From contig JAFZQX010000037.1 in assembly GCA_017620205.1 (NCBI GenBank), positions 31,681-95,680 of the forward strand: a DNA stretch of 64,000 nt. The letters are read 5' to 3'. This stretch comes from Clostridia bacterium (GTDB lineage Bacteria; Bacillota; Clostridia; UMGS1883; UMGS1540). The position numbers and the translations under genes are program-made. Positions 46,593 through 56,364 of the stretch are shown here, in pieces (the stretch's first letter is position 1; each line of letters opens with the position of its first letter). The notes under the pieces were generated by a model, which saw nothing but the letters and a program-made list of their open reading frames with translations, did no database searches and was not told the origin of the DNA.

Positions 46593-46620
46593 ATGGAGAT
46601 GTAAAAATAGCGCAGACCGC
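46593..46620 (+). repeat. Repeat copy 3, identical to copy 1
   Basis: It starts 38 bp after copy 2 starts and is also preceded by ctcc. Confidence 0.9.
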
Positions 46621-46635
46621 GCGGAAAACAATATG

Positions 46636-46665
46636 AAAAAAGCCTGCTCCCGGAGCAGGCTTTTT
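46636..46665. terminator. Bidirectional intrinsic terminator downstream of ftsY
   Basis: aaaaaagcctgctcc-c-ggagcaggcttttt. Confidence 0.8.
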
Positions 46666-46675
46666 GAATTTCGGT

Positions 46676-47617
46676 TTATTCTTCTTCGTTATCGAAAAGC
46701 GCTTTTGCGAATTCTTCGGGGTTAAATTCGCGGAGGTCTTCTTTTTCTTCGCCGATGCCGAGGAATTTAACGGGAATATCAAGGCTTTCGGAAATGGATA
46801 TTACTATTCCGCCTTTCGCCGTTCCGTCAATTTTTGTTAGAACGATACCGGTTATATCCGCCGTCTGAGAGAACATCTCCGCCTGAATCTGTGCGTTTTG
46901 TCCCGTTGACGCGTCAAGTACAAGAAGCGTTTCGCGTGAGCTTTCGGGGAGCTCGCGGCTTATTATTCTGTTCATCTTTGAAAGCTCGTCCATAAGGTTC
47001 TTTTTGTTGTGAAGTCTGCCTGCCGTGTCGCATATAAGCACGTCAACGCCGCGGTTTTTAGCCGCCGTGCATGCATCAAAGATAACGGAAGACGGATCGG
47101 AGCCTTCGGCGGCTTTTATAATATCAACGCCGCTGCGCTCAGCCCATAAAACGAGCTGGTTTACGGCTGCCGCGCGGAAAGTGTCCGCTGCGGCTAAAAG
47201 TACGGTTTTGCCCTGCGCCTTAAGGTTTGCGGCAAGCTTTCCTATGGTTGTTGTCTTTCCAACGCCGTTTACGCCTATAACCATTATAACGGCAGGTTTG
47301 CCGCTTAAATCAAGCGATGTATCGTGCGTTGAAAGCTTTTCCGTTATTATTTCTCTGAGCAGCCTTTTAACTTCATTTCCGTCCGTTACGCGTTCTGATT
47401 TTACTCTGTCGCGCAACTCGTCTGTTATGTTCATGGCGGTAGACGCGCCTATATCAGCCATTATAAGTGCTTCTGTGAGATCGTCAAAGAGGTCTTCGTC
47501 TATTCTTACAAATGCTTTAAGCACGCTTTCGATGCCGTCTGAAAATACTGTTCTTGTTTTTGAAAGGCCGCTTTTTAGTTTTCTGAAAATACCTTTTCTT
47601 TCTTCTTTTTCGCCCAT
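46676..47617 (-). CDS. ftsY: Signal recognition particle receptor FtsY
   Basis: It has [20 protein letters not shown] and [10 protein letters not shown] (SRP GTPase G1-G4 motifs). Confidence 0.92.
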   Translation of the reverse strand: MGEKEERKGIFRKLKSGLSKTRTVFSDGIESVLKAFVRIDEDLFDDLTEALIMADIGASTAMNITDELRDRVKSERVTDGNEVKRLLREIITEKLSTHDTSLDLSGKPAVIMVIGVNGVGKTTTIGKLAANLKAQGKTVLLAAADTFRAAAVNQLVLWAERSGVDIIKAAEGSDPSSVIFDACTAAKNRGVDVLICDTAGRLHNKKNLMDELSKMNRIISRELPESSRETLLVLDASTGQNAQIQAEMFSQTADITGIVLTKIDGTAKGGIVISISESLDIPVKFLGIGEEKEDLREFNPEEFAKALFDNEEE

Positions 47618-47627
47618 TTTATTCTCC

Positions 47628-50600
47628 TTAATTAAATTTTACTTCGTCAAGCTTCATGGTAAGAAGCTTTGAAATTCCCTTTTCCTGCATTGTAACGCCG
47701 TACAGAATATCAGCAGCTTCCATTGTGCCGCGCCTGTGCGTTATTACGATAAACTGCGTTGTTTTTGAAAAGCTCTTTATATATTCGCAAAATCTCGCGA
47801 TATTGTTGTCATCAAGCGCCGCTTCAATTTCGTCCAAAATGCAAAACGGAGTAGGGTGCACTTTTAGTATCGCGAAGAGCAATGCGATGGCTGTAAACGC
47901 CATTTCGCCGCCCGATAAAAGTGAAAGCCTTTGAAGCTTTTTGCCGGGCGGGCGGACGTCAATATCAATGCCGCTTTCGAGTATATCCGTCGGGTCAGAA
48001 AGCGAAAGCGCCGCGCTTCCGCCGCCGAAAAGCTCTTTGAAAACTTCGGAGAAGTTTTTGGATATAATATCAAACTGCTCCGAGAACTGTTCTTTCATAG
48101 CCGCCGTAACTTCGTCGATAAGAGCTGTCAGCTCCGATTTCGCTTTTTTGAGGTCTGATATTTGTTTTGACAGGAATTCATAGCGCTGTGAAACTTCCTT
48201 GTATTCCTCAATCGCGTCAATGTTGATGTGACCGAGACGCTTCATCTGTCCTTTCAGCTCCGCCGCGCGTTTTTTAGCTTCGGCTATGTCGCCTATATCC
48301 GAACGGAGAGATGCGGCGTCCGAGAAAGAAAGCTCATATTCATTCCACAGCATTTCAACGGTAGAGTCAAATTTTTCTGTAAATTTCTCCATTTTGCTTT
48401 CAAGCCTTAAAAGCTCCATTTTAAGAGCGTTTACCGTATCGTTTTGCTTTATTGTAAGCGCCTTGAGTTCTGTGATTCCCTTGTCCGCGTCGCCGCGGTT
48501 TTCGGCTTTCTTAACAATTTCATCGGACAAAGACGCAATTTTGCTTTCTGTCTCTTCTGTATCTGCCTGCTTGTTTTTTATCTGAAGCTTTGCGCTCTCG
48601 CGCTTTTCGGAAAGCGACAAAACCTTATTGTCAAGTTCTTTTATGCGGTTTCGCTTTGCTTCCGCTTCGGATAATATGGTATTTATTTGCATACGGCAAA
48701 GTTCAGCGGAGCTGCCGAGCGATGAAAGATGCATACGCTTTTCGGTGATTTCGGCAAAAAGCGCGCTGCGGCTCTCTTTTGTAAGACGTATTTCTTCCTG
48801 AAGGAGGCGTATTTTTTCACGTACCGCCGCCTCCTCCGAAAGAGCCTTTTCTGCGCTTGCGGAAAGCAGTTTTTTCTCCTTTTCGGAGTTTTTGCCCGCG
48901 TCAAGAATAAGCTGAAGCTCGCCCGAGAGACGCTCTGCCTCTTCCGTTTCGCGCTCTGCGATGCGTTTTTGAAGTTCTGTTTCGCCGGAAAGTTTTAAAA
49001 TATCGGCATCTATGGTATTTATGCTTCCTTTAAGCTCTTCAATATGTGAAAGCATTTGTTTTAAATCTTCGCCTTTATCGTGTATCGCGTCTTCCGTTTT
49101 ATCCATATCGCGTTCAAGTAATGAGCACTCCGAGGAGAGCTTTTTGATTTCGGCTTCACGTCCCAAAAGACGCGCGTTTCTTGAAACGCTGCCGCCCGTA
49201 ATAGAGCCGCCGGGGAAGAAAATCTCGCCCTGCAGGGTAACAATTTTAAATTTATACTTGTATTTTATTGCCGCGGCAGACGCGTTGTCAATGTTATCAA
49301 AAAGAGCGATCTGCCCCAAAAGGTTTTCGGCTATCTCTCTGTATTTTGCGTCGCACTGTACCTTATCCGAAAGTATTCCGAGATAACCGCGCTCGCTTTT
49401 TATTTCATCCTCGAATTTTCCGCGTCTTCCCGTAACAGAAGATATGGGAAGGAAGGTTACTCTGCCGAGACGGTTTTCTTTAAGATACCGTATGGCGCGT
49501 TTCGCGTCCTCTTCCGTTTCAACAACTACGTTTTGGATTGCCGCCGCAAGACCTATCTCAACGGCGGTGGTATATTTTTCGTCTGTAGAGAGCAGCTTTG
49601 AAATAAGACCGTGATATTTAATGCTTTTAATAACGTCCGATGACAGCAGTGCTTTTACGCCGTGTCCGTATCCCTCCATGTTTTTTTCCATGTCGGACAA
49701 TACGTCAAGACGCGTGCGGCATTTTCCGTATGTATCGCTTTTTTCGTTATATGCCGCCTTGAGAGATGCGATTTCCGCTTTTAGATTATCGGCTTTTTCG
49801 GAGGCGCTTTCGATTTCATTTGCGGCTTTTTGGCGCTCCGACTCTTTTTCCTTTATGTCGCTTGCGCACTGTTTTAAAGTTCTTTCCGCGTTTTCCACTC
49901 TCTTTTGCGCCTCATCTATGGAAGCGTTTACAGATTCGATGCGTCTGTCATAATTTGCATCAATAGCGTCAAGCGTTTCTATTTTGCTCTTGAAAGAATC
50001 CGCCTCTCTTGCGTGTGTTAAAGCTTCCGAGGAAAGTGCGGAGAGAGTTTCGTTTTTAGAGTCTGTCTCGCCGGAAAGGTTTAAAACACGTGCGTTTAAG
50101 TCTTCAATTTCCTTTTTTGTTTTTTCTTCTTCCTCATGAAGCTTTGCAATTTCGTCTTCTTTCGCCACCTTATCGGCGGCGGAGAACGAAATTTCTTCGC
50201 TTAAACGCGCCGACTCTTCTTTTGCTTTTTCCTCTTCCTCGTCGCAAAGCTTTATAGTGTTTTGAAGCAGGAGAATTTCGCCGTTTATCTTTTCTTTAAT
50301 AAGCTCGGCTTCGTGAAGAATCTCTTTTGCCTTTGAAATCTCATCTTCCGCTTCTCTGACTTTCTGATAAGCCGCCTCTTCGTTTTTGCGGTATTCTTCG
50401 AGAAGCTTTTCTTCGCTTTCCGCTTGCTCCGAAGTGTTTTTATATATTTCTTCAATACGCTTTTTCTCGTCTTTTGTTTCGTCAATTGTGATAAGGGCAA
50501 GGTTTATATCCAAAACACGCAGCTCATCGCGCAGCGTAAGATACTTTTGTGCCTTTTCGCTCTGACGGCGCAGTGGTTCTATTCTTCCCTCGATTTCCGA

Positions 50601-51185
50601 CGCTATATCGCTTACGCGCGCAAGGTTGTCCATAGCCGCCGCGAGCTTTCGCTCCGCGTCCGCTTTTTTGTATTTGTATTTTGAAATCCCCGCCGCTTCT
50701 TCGAAAATCTGGCGTCTGTCCTCGGGCTTGCCGGAGAGCACCTCGTCTATTTTGCCCTGCCCGATAATGGAATATCCGTCACGGCCGAGACCGGTATCCA
50801 TAAAAAGCTCGTGAACGTCGCGCAGGCGGCATGATGCCTTGTTTATAAAGTATTCGCTTTCGCCGCTTCTGTAAACGCGGCGCGTAACTTCGATATCCTC
50901 GTATTCTATGGGGAACACTTTTGAACTGTTATCAAGGTGCAGCGAAACTTCCGCAAACCCTGTGGGCTTGCGTTTGTCAGTTCCGGAAAAGATTACATCC
51001 TCCATCTTACTGCCGCGCAGCGATTTTGCGCTCATCTCGCCCATAACCCAGCGTATAGCGTCCGAAATATTGCTTTTACCGCTTCCGTTAGGGCCGACAA
51101 TAGCCGTGATGCCTTCGCCGAAATTCAGTGATATTCTATCCACAAAGGATTTAAAGCCTTGCATTTCAAGCTTTTTTAAATACAC
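47628..51185 (-). CDS. smc: Chromosome segregation protein SMC
   Basis: It has the N-terminal motif GPNGSGKSN, long coiled coils with a central hinge, and the C-terminal motifs [16 protein letters not shown] and [10 protein letters not shown]. Confidence 0.92.
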   Translation of the reverse strand: MYLKKLEMQGFKSFVDRISLNFGEGITAIVGPNGSGKSNISDAIRWVMGEMSAKSLRGSKMEDVIFSGTDKRKPTGFAEVSLHLDNSSKVFPIEYEDIEVTRRVYRSGESEYFINKASCRLRDVHELFMDTGLGRDGYSIIGQGKIDEVLSGKPEDRRQIFEEAAGISKYKYKKADAERKLAAAMDNLARVSDIASEIEGRIEPLRRQSEKAQKYLTLRDELRVLDINLALITIDETKDEKKRIEEIYKNTSEQAESEEKLLEEYRKNEEAAYQKVREAEDEISKAKEILHEAELIKEKINGEILLLQNTIKLCDEEEEKAKEESARLSEEISFSAADKVAKEDEIAKLHEEEEKTKKEIEDLNARVLNLSGETDSKNETLSALSSEALTHAREADSFKSKIETLDAIDANYDRRIESVNASIDEAQKRVENAERTLKQCASDIKEKESERQKAANEIESASEKADNLKAEIASLKAAYNEKSDTYGKCRTRLDVLSDMEKNMEGYGHGVKALLSSDVIKSIKYHGLISKLLSTDEKYTTAVEIGLAAAIQNVVVETEEDAKRAIRYLKENRLGRVTFLPISSVTGRRGKFEDEIKSERGYLGILSDKVQCDAKYREIAENLLGQIALFDNIDNASAAAIKYKYKFKIVTLQGEIFFPGGSITGGSVSRNARLLGREAEIKKLSSECSLLERDMDKTEDAIHDKGEDLKQMLSHIEELKGSINTIDADILKLSGETELQKRIAERETEEAERLSGELQLILDAGKNSEKEKKLLSASAEKALSEEAAVREKIRLLQEEIRLTKESRSALFAEITEKRMHLSSLGSSAELCRMQINTILSEAEAKRNRIKELDNKVLSLSEKRESAKLQIKNKQADTEETESKIASLSDEIVKKAENRGDADKGITELKALTIKQNDTVNALKMELLRLESKMEKFTEKFDSTVEMLWNEYELSFSDAASLRSDIGDIAEAKKRAAELKGQMKRLGHINIDAIEEYKEVSQRYEFLSKQISDLKKAKSELTALIDEVTAAMKEQFSEQFDIISKNFSEVFKELFGGGSAALSLSDPTDILESGIDIDVRPPGKKLQRLSLLSGGEMAFTAIALLFAILKVHPTPFCILDEIEAALDDNNIARFCEYIKSFSKTTQFIVITHRRGTMEAADILYGVTMQEKGISKLLTMKLDEVKFN

Positions 51186-51358
51186 TAAACCTTCACCTCA
51201 ACCATACTTAGTTGTGTCCGTTAAAAACTATACCATATATTGTATCATAAAAATATGGTTTTGGCAATAAAAAATGCTTAAAAAGCATAGGTTCTTATAA
51301 GTTTTTTCGGCATTTTCGGCACAAAAATCATTAAAAAAGAAAAAATAATAAAAAAGTG

Positions 51359-51387
51359 TTGCATTATTTATACCTCTGAGCTATAAT
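51359..51387 (+). promoter_or_regulatory. Sigma-A-type promoter upstream of plsX
   Basis: TTGCAT, a 17-nt spacer, then TATAAT (51382-51387). Confidence 0.55.
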
Positions 51388-51414
51388 ATATTATCGAGAT
51401 TGGAGTTGATGCTG

Positions 51415-52428
51415 ATGAATATTGCCTTAGATGCTATGGGCGGCGATAACGCCCCTGAGGAAATAGTTCGCGGTGCAGCTTTGGCGTCAAAACAAATAGA
51501 TGGAAAAATCTTTGTTGTCGGTGACAGCGGAGAAATAAACAGAATTCTCAAAGACTGCGATTATAAAGCGGAAAACATAGAGGTTGTACATACGACAGAG
51601 GTTATAGAAAATACAGACAAACCTACTAAGGCAATCCGTCAAAAGAAAGATTCTTCTTTGGTAAAATGTTTCGCTCTCGTTTGCGAGGGCAAAGCGGACG
51701 CGATGGTTTCAGCCGGCAGTACGGGCGCGCTTCTGGCGGGTTCGATACATTTTCTCAAAAGACTGCCCGGAGTTTTAAGACCGGCGTTGGCTCCATTTTT
51801 ACCGAGCGATAAAAACGGGTTTTTAATAGTTGACGGCGGCGCAAACACAAACAGCCGCCCCGATCACCTTTTGCAGTTTGCGATTATGGGAAGCATTTAT
51901 GCCGAAAAGGTTATGGGAATTGAAAACCCGAGAGTAGGTCTTTTAAATATCGGCGCGGAGGACGAAAAGGGAAATGAGCTTACGAAAGCAGCATTTGAAA
52001 TTTTGTCTCAAAGCGATTTAAACTTCATAGGAAACATTGAAGGACGCGATCCCATAATGGGAACCGTTGATATAGTAGTATGCGACGGCTTTGCGGGAAA
52101 CGTTTTACTTAAAGCAACGGAAGGCGCGGGGCTTGTCCTTTTCAAGAGTTTAAAAGAGGTTATGCTCGGCAGCATGAAAAACAAAATTGCCGCGCTTATG
52201 ATGAAAAACGGTTTAAAAGAATTAAAGAAAAAGTATGATTACAAAGAATACGGCGGCGCGCCTTTTCTAGGCGTTTCAAGCTGTGTTATAAAAGCTCACG
52301 GAACGAGCGACGCGCTCTCCGTGGCAAGCGCCGTAAAGCAGGCAAACGATTTCGCCGCAAGCGGTGCGCTCAAACTTATGGAAGTGCAGATAAACTGCAA
52401 TAATGGAGGTAACGAAGATGATATTTGA
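51415..52428 (+). CDS. plsX: Phosphate acyltransferase PlsX
   Basis: [14 protein letters not shown] is the typical N-terminus. The ATG at 51415 lies 9 nt after GGAG, and the track start at 51400 is an upstream TTG. Confidence 0.9.
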   Translation: MNIALDAMGGDNAPEEIVRGAALASKQIDGKIFVVGDSGEINRILKDCDYKAENIEVVHTTEVIENTDKPTKAIRQKKDSSLVKCFALVCEGKADAMVSAGSTGALLAGSIHFLKRLPGVLRPALAPFLPSDKNGFLIVDGGANTNSRPDHLLQFAIMGSIYAEKVMGIENPRVGLLNIGAEDEKGNELTKAAFEILSQSDLNFIGNIEGRDPIMGTVDIVVCDGFAGNVLLKATEGAGLVLFKSLKEVMLGSMKNKIAALMMKNGLKELKKKYDYKEYGGAPFLGVSSCVIKAHGTSDALSVASAVKQANDFAASGALKLMEVQINCNNGGNEDDI

Positions 52429-52651
52429 AAAAGTATGTGAGATTATTTCAGAGCAGCTTGGCGTTGACGCAAAGGACATTACAATGGAATCGGGTTTTAT
52501 CGATAAGCTCGGCGCGGATTCTCTTGATATAGTTGAACTTATCATGGCTTTTGAAGAAGAATTCAACTGTGAAATTCCTGATGACGACGCTGAAAAAATC
52601 GTAACCGTAGGAGACGCTGTAAACTATATTACGGCACATGTTGAGGGCTGA
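52418..52651 (+). CDS. acpP: Acyl carrier protein
   Basis: It contains [13 protein letters not shown] (the phosphopantetheine Ser in the DSL motif). The ATG at 52418 follows GGAGG, giving 77 aa. Confidence 0.9.
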   Translation: MIFEKVCEIISEQLGVDAKDITMESGFIDKLGADSLDIVELIMAFEEEFNCEIPDDDAEKIVTVGDAVNYITAHVEG

Positions 52652-52698
52652 TTGTTTTTGGACGGAAAAGACCGCTTCGAAAAAGCCAAATAGATAAT

Positions 52699-52724
52699 AA
52701 GTGCGATGTTTAGGCATCGCACTT
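52699..52724 (+). promoter_or_regulatory. 10-bp perfect hairpin in the acpP-rnc spacer: a weak terminator or an rnc leader structure
   Basis: aagtgcgatg-tttagg-catcgcactt is followed by tgttta. It ends 7 nt before the rnc RBS AAGGAGG. Confidence 0.4.
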
Positions 52725-52745
52725 TGTTTATAAGGAGGTGAAAAG

Positions 52746-53438
52746 ATGAATTACGTAAAACATATTTCCAAAATAACGGGGCATGAATTTAAAAACAAAA
52801 GCATTCTCCGCGCAGCGCTGACTCATTCGTCATACGCAAACGAAAAAGACAGGAACTGTACCTATAACGAGAGACTTGAGTTTTTGGGAGACTCCGTTTT
52901 AAGCCTTGTTGTAAGCGAGTTTTTGTATACTCAAAAAAGACTTGCGGAAGGCGAAATGTCAAAAACAAGAGCAAATCTTGTGTGTGAGAAATCGCTTGCC
53001 GAGTGCGCGAAAAAAATGAATTTGGGCGATATACTGTTTCTGGGAAAGGGCGAGGAAAGAACGGGAGGCAGAGAACGAGCTTCGGTTTTGGCCGATGCGA
53101 CGGAGGCTTTGATTGCCGCTCTTTATCTTGACGGAGGCTTTGAAGTTGCAAAGGAATTTGTTTTGTCGATGCTCGGCGATACGATGGAAAAAGTGCTTGA
53201 TAAAAAATATATCTCGGATTATAAAACCGCTTTGCAGGAGATTATTCAGGCAAACGCAAACGAAAAGATAGAATACAGGCTCATAAGCGAGAGTGGGCCC
53301 GACCATAACAAGGAATTTGAGATGGCTGTATTTTTAGACAATGAATGTTTCGAAAGCGGAACGGGCAAAACAAAAAAAGACGCCGAACAGGCGGCGGCAA
53401 GACTGGCTCTTATAAAAATGGGGAAAATAGATGAGTAA
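52746..53438 (+). CDS. rnc: Ribonuclease III
   Basis: It has the signature ERLEFLGDSVL and a C-terminal dsRBD (GKTKKDAEQAAARLAL). Confidence 0.92.
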   Translation: MNYVKHISKITGHEFKNKSILRAALTHSSYANEKDRNCTYNERLEFLGDSVLSLVVSEFLYTQKRLAEGEMSKTRANLVCEKSLAECAKKMNLGDILFLGKGEERTGGRERASVLADATEALIAALYLDGGFEVAKEFVLSMLGDTMEKVLDKKYISDYKTALQEIIQANANEKIEYRLISESGPDHNKEFEMAVFLDNECFESGTGKTKKDAEQAAARLALIKMGKIDE

Positions 53439-54393
53439 AGTTTCAAATATTCCTATCTTCATACCGCATCTCGGATGCAAAAACGCCTGCGTTTTCTGTA
53501 ACCAGCGTGAGATTACGGGCAATTTAAAAGAGCCTGAGGCGGATGAAGTGCGCGCAATTATTGAAGAATACCTTACGTTTCTTAAAGACAGAGAGGCGCA
53601 GATCGCCTTTTTCGGCGGCAGCTTTACGGGGCTTCATCTTGAAAAACAAACCGAATACCTCAAGGTCGCGTATGAGTTTGTGAAAAACGGCAAGGTAAGC
53701 GGCATCAGACTTTCAACGCGTCCCGATTATATAAGCGAAGAGATACTCGAAAATCTCAAAAAATACGGCGTAAAGACAATAGAGCTAGGCGCGCAGTCTA
53801 TGTGCGACGAGGTTCTCTTAGCTTCTGAAAGGGGTCATACGGCGGACGACACGCGCCGCGCGAGCGAAATGATAAAGAATGCGGGCTTTGAGCTTGGACT
53901 TCAGATGATGATAGGTCTGCCCGGCGATACGCGCGAAAGATCTGTGTATACTGCGCAGGAAATAGTAAAACTCGGCGCCGCGTGCGCGAGGATATATCCA
54001 ACGTGCGTTTTGACGGATACAAAGCTTTACGATATGTATAAAAGCGGAGAGTATAAGCCACTCGGCCTTTCCGAGGCGGTTGAAACGGCAAAGGAAGTAA
54101 CGCTTATACTGAGAAGCGGCGGCGTGGATGTTATAAGAACGGGTCTGCAGGAAACGGATTCACTCTGCGGAAGTATAGCCGCGGGGCCTTATCATCCCGC
54201 GTTCGGCGAAATGGTACAGTCGCGCATAATCCGCGATGAGCTTGAGGAGAAAGTAATATCAATGCTTCCCACGAAAGAGATGACGCTGCCGTGCAAAAAA
54301 AACATGGTTTCAAAAACGGTGGGGCAGAAGCGGTGCAATATCGCATACCTCGAAGAAAAATACGGCGTCAAAATAAATATCACCGTTATATAA
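53431..54393 (+). CDS. Radical SAM protein (ELP3/MiaB-like superfamily, unknown substrate)
   Basis: It has the CKNACVFCNQ CxxxCxxC cluster near the N-terminus and overlaps the rnc stop by 8 nt. Confidence 0.75.
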   Translation: MSKVSNIPIFIPHLGCKNACVFCNQREITGNLKEPEADEVRAIIEEYLTFLKDREAQIAFFGGSFTGLHLEKQTEYLKVAYEFVKNGKVSGIRLSTRPDYISEEILENLKKYGVKTIELGAQSMCDEVLLASERGHTADDTRRASEMIKNAGFELGLQMMIGLPGDTRERSVYTAQEIVKLGAACARIYPTCVLTDTKLYDMYKSGEYKPLGLSEAVETAKEVTLILRSGGVDVIRTGLQETDSLCGSIAAGPYHPAFGEMVQSRIIRDELEEKVISMLPTKEMTLPCKKNMVSKTVGQKRCNIAYLEEKYGVKINITVI

Positions 54394-54658
54394 AAAGCTT
54401 TATAAGCACAAGCAGTAAAACGCCCGGCACACCGAGCACGCCGCAAACGGCGGCGGTTACGGGATTTATTCCGACGTAGAGCGAGGTCTGCGGCGAGAAT
54501 GTGTTTATTATAACAATAAGCATAAGTCCCAGAGCTGAGTTTGCAATAAGTTTAAAAATTATTTTTAAGGGTTTTTTAAAAAAACGTGCAAAAACTATTA
54601 AAAGAACAAGCGCCGCTATATAAACGGCAATATTTATACTGTCTGACAATTGCAGCAT
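54386..54658 (-). CDS. bofA: Pro-sigma-K processing inhibitor BofA
   Basis: This 90-aa two-TM protein has the C-terminus GINPVTAAVCGVLGVPGVLLLVLIKLFI, which closely parallels the B. subtilis BofA C-terminus as I recall it. Confidence 0.75.
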   Translation of the reverse strand: MLQLSDSINIAVYIAALVLLIVFARFFKKPLKIIFKLIANSALGLMLIVIINTFSPQTSLYVGINPVTAAVCGVLGVPGVLLLVLIKLFI

Positions 54659-54668
54659 CTCCTTTGGT

Positions 54669-55391
54669 TTAAAGTAATTTTGATACTTCCTTGCGGAGTT
54701 TTCCTATGATTCTCTTTTCAAGCCTTGATATATATGACTGGCTTATTCCGAGAATATCCGCAACTTCCTTTTGTGTTTTTTCTTTATTACCGAAAAGACC
54801 GAATCTCATATTCATGATATTTTGCTCCCTTGCGTTTAGTTTTTTCATGGCGCAAAGGAGCATTTCTTTTTCTGTTCTGTCTTCAAGACGGCGGTGCACA
54901 ATGTCATCGTCCGTGCCTATGATATCGGACAGCAGAAGCTCGTTGCCGTCCCAATCGATGTTTAGCGGCTCGTCTATTGATATTTCCGTTTTTAAAGAGA
55001 GATTCTTCCTTAAAAACATGAGAATTTCGTTTTCTATACAGCGCGAAGCGTATGTTGCGAGCTTTATGTTTTTTTCGGGATTAAACGTATTTATGGCTTT
55101 AATAAGCCCTATTGTTCCGATTGATATGAGATCCTCTATGCAAACGCCGGTGTTGTCAAATTTCTTCGCAATATATACCACAAGACGCAGGTTGTGCTCT
55201 ATAAGCGTTTGCCTTACGCTTTTGTCCTTTAAAGGCAGCTGCGCAATAAGGCTCTCTTCCTCTTCGGGAGACAGCGGCGGAGGCAGCGTTTCGCTGCCGG
55301 ATATGTAATGAATTTGTTTTCCGAAGTATTTCTTTCCGACAAAGAAAAAGAGTATTTTAAATTTGATTGTTTTGAAGTTTATATGTGTCAT
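54669..55391 (-). CDS. sigE: Sporulation sigma factor SigE (pro-sigma-E)
   Basis: It has [18 protein letters not shown] after an N-terminal pro-sequence, plus sigma-70 regions 2 and 4. It lies directly downstream of spoIIGA. Confidence 0.88.
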   Translation of the reverse strand: MTHINFKTIKFKILFFFVGKKYFGKQIHYISGSETLPPPLSPEEEESLIAQLPLKDKSVRQTLIEHNLRLVVYIAKKFDNTGVCIEDLISIGTIGLIKAINTFNPEKNIKLATYASRCIENEILMFLRKNLSLKTEISIDEPLNIDWDGNELLLSDIIGTDDDIVHRRLEDRTEKEMLLCAMKKLNAREQNIMNMRFGLFGNKEKTQKEVADILGISQSYISRLEKRIIGKLRKEVSKLL

Positions 55392-55404
55392 TTCGTTTTC
55401 CTTC

Positions 55405-56298
55405 CTAAGATATTATTTCAGGATGTATCAAAGCGCTGAAGCTGTTGTCGGAGGAAAGCCGCCCTCCGAAAAGACCTATAATCACATCGCCCAGCGCTAT
55501 TGTGTTTTCGTTTAAAATAACTTCCGTTTTGTCGGGTTTAAACCCCAAAAGCATTCCGCGTTCACAGCCCAGGCTTTTAAACGGTATAAGACGTATACGG
55601 CATTTTAAATCCGACGCGGCTTTTTCTATTTCGGCAAGATTATTCTCAAATCCGTTTTCAAAGATGCGTAAAAGCTCGTCGGGCAAAATGCTTTTTAAAG
55701 CCGAGTATTCCGCAACTATAACGGGCGCGCGGCTTAAAGGATCGCAAAGTGAGTTTCCCGTGTCCGGAAGCGCTTTAATATGGGCGCTGCGCCCCGAATG
55801 CGACACGTTTATATCCAAAAGGCACGCGCTCTTGCCCCAAACGGCGCTTTTAATACGGCTTATTATAAAATATAGGATGAAAGCGGAAATAAGGAGAATC
55901 TGCCAGGGCAAATTCATATATAAAATTCCGTTTTTTATAAACATTCCGCTTTTGGCGCCGAGATTTGTAAAACACATCACGGCGAAAATACCGCCGCCGA
56001 AAATGACGGTTACGAGTAAAAGTGTAAAAAGTGCTTTTATGTAAAGACGCGCGCCTTTTATGTTAAATGCCGTCGCCGTTATGGCGAGGGACGACAGTAT
56101 TTTCGCGGCGGAGGTATATAAAACGCCCAGGCGCGGATAGAAGATTAAAACCGCGTAAAGCGCCCCGAGCATAGCCGCAAAAGAGAGCCTCAAAGGGTGC
56201 GTCTTTAATTTCAGTATTTTTGACGTTGTACACAAAAGTATAAAGTTAATAAAAAAATTAACAAAAAAAAGCACATCGATATATACTACGGGTTTCAA
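55405..56298 (-). CDS. spoIIGA: Sigma-E processing peptidase SpoIIGA
   Basis: It has five N-terminal TM helices and the aspartic-protease motif [13 protein letters not shown] chose the TTG at 56298 (8 nt after [16 protein letters not shown]...). The track ATG at 56349 is an alternative. Confidence 0.8.
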   Translation of the reverse strand: MKPVVYIDVLFFVNFFINFILLCTTSKILKLKTHPLRLSFAAMLGALYAVLIFYPRLGVLYTSAAKILSSLAITATAFNIKGARLYIKALFTLLLVTVIFGGGIFAVMCFTNLGAKSGMFIKNGILYMNLPWQILLISAFILYFIISRIKSAVWGKSACLLDINVSHSGRSAHIKALPDTGNSLCDPLSRAPVIVAEYSALKSILPDELLRIFENGFENNLAEIEKAASDLKCRIRLIPFKSLGCERGMLLGFKPDKTEVILNENTIALGDVIIGLFGGRLSSDNSFSALIHPEIIS

Positions 56299-56364
56299 TT
56301 CAATCACTCCGAAATAAGTATATCGCATGTGCTTTAAAAAATATGTCACAATAAAGGTCTTTGT

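Noticed and set aside
46340-46620. Possible CRISPR array, suggested by the repeated 28-mers
   Set aside because: There are only three copies. Their start-to-start spacings are 215 and 38 bp, so one spacer would be just 10-12 bp. One copy overlaps a stop codon, and there are no cas genes in the window.
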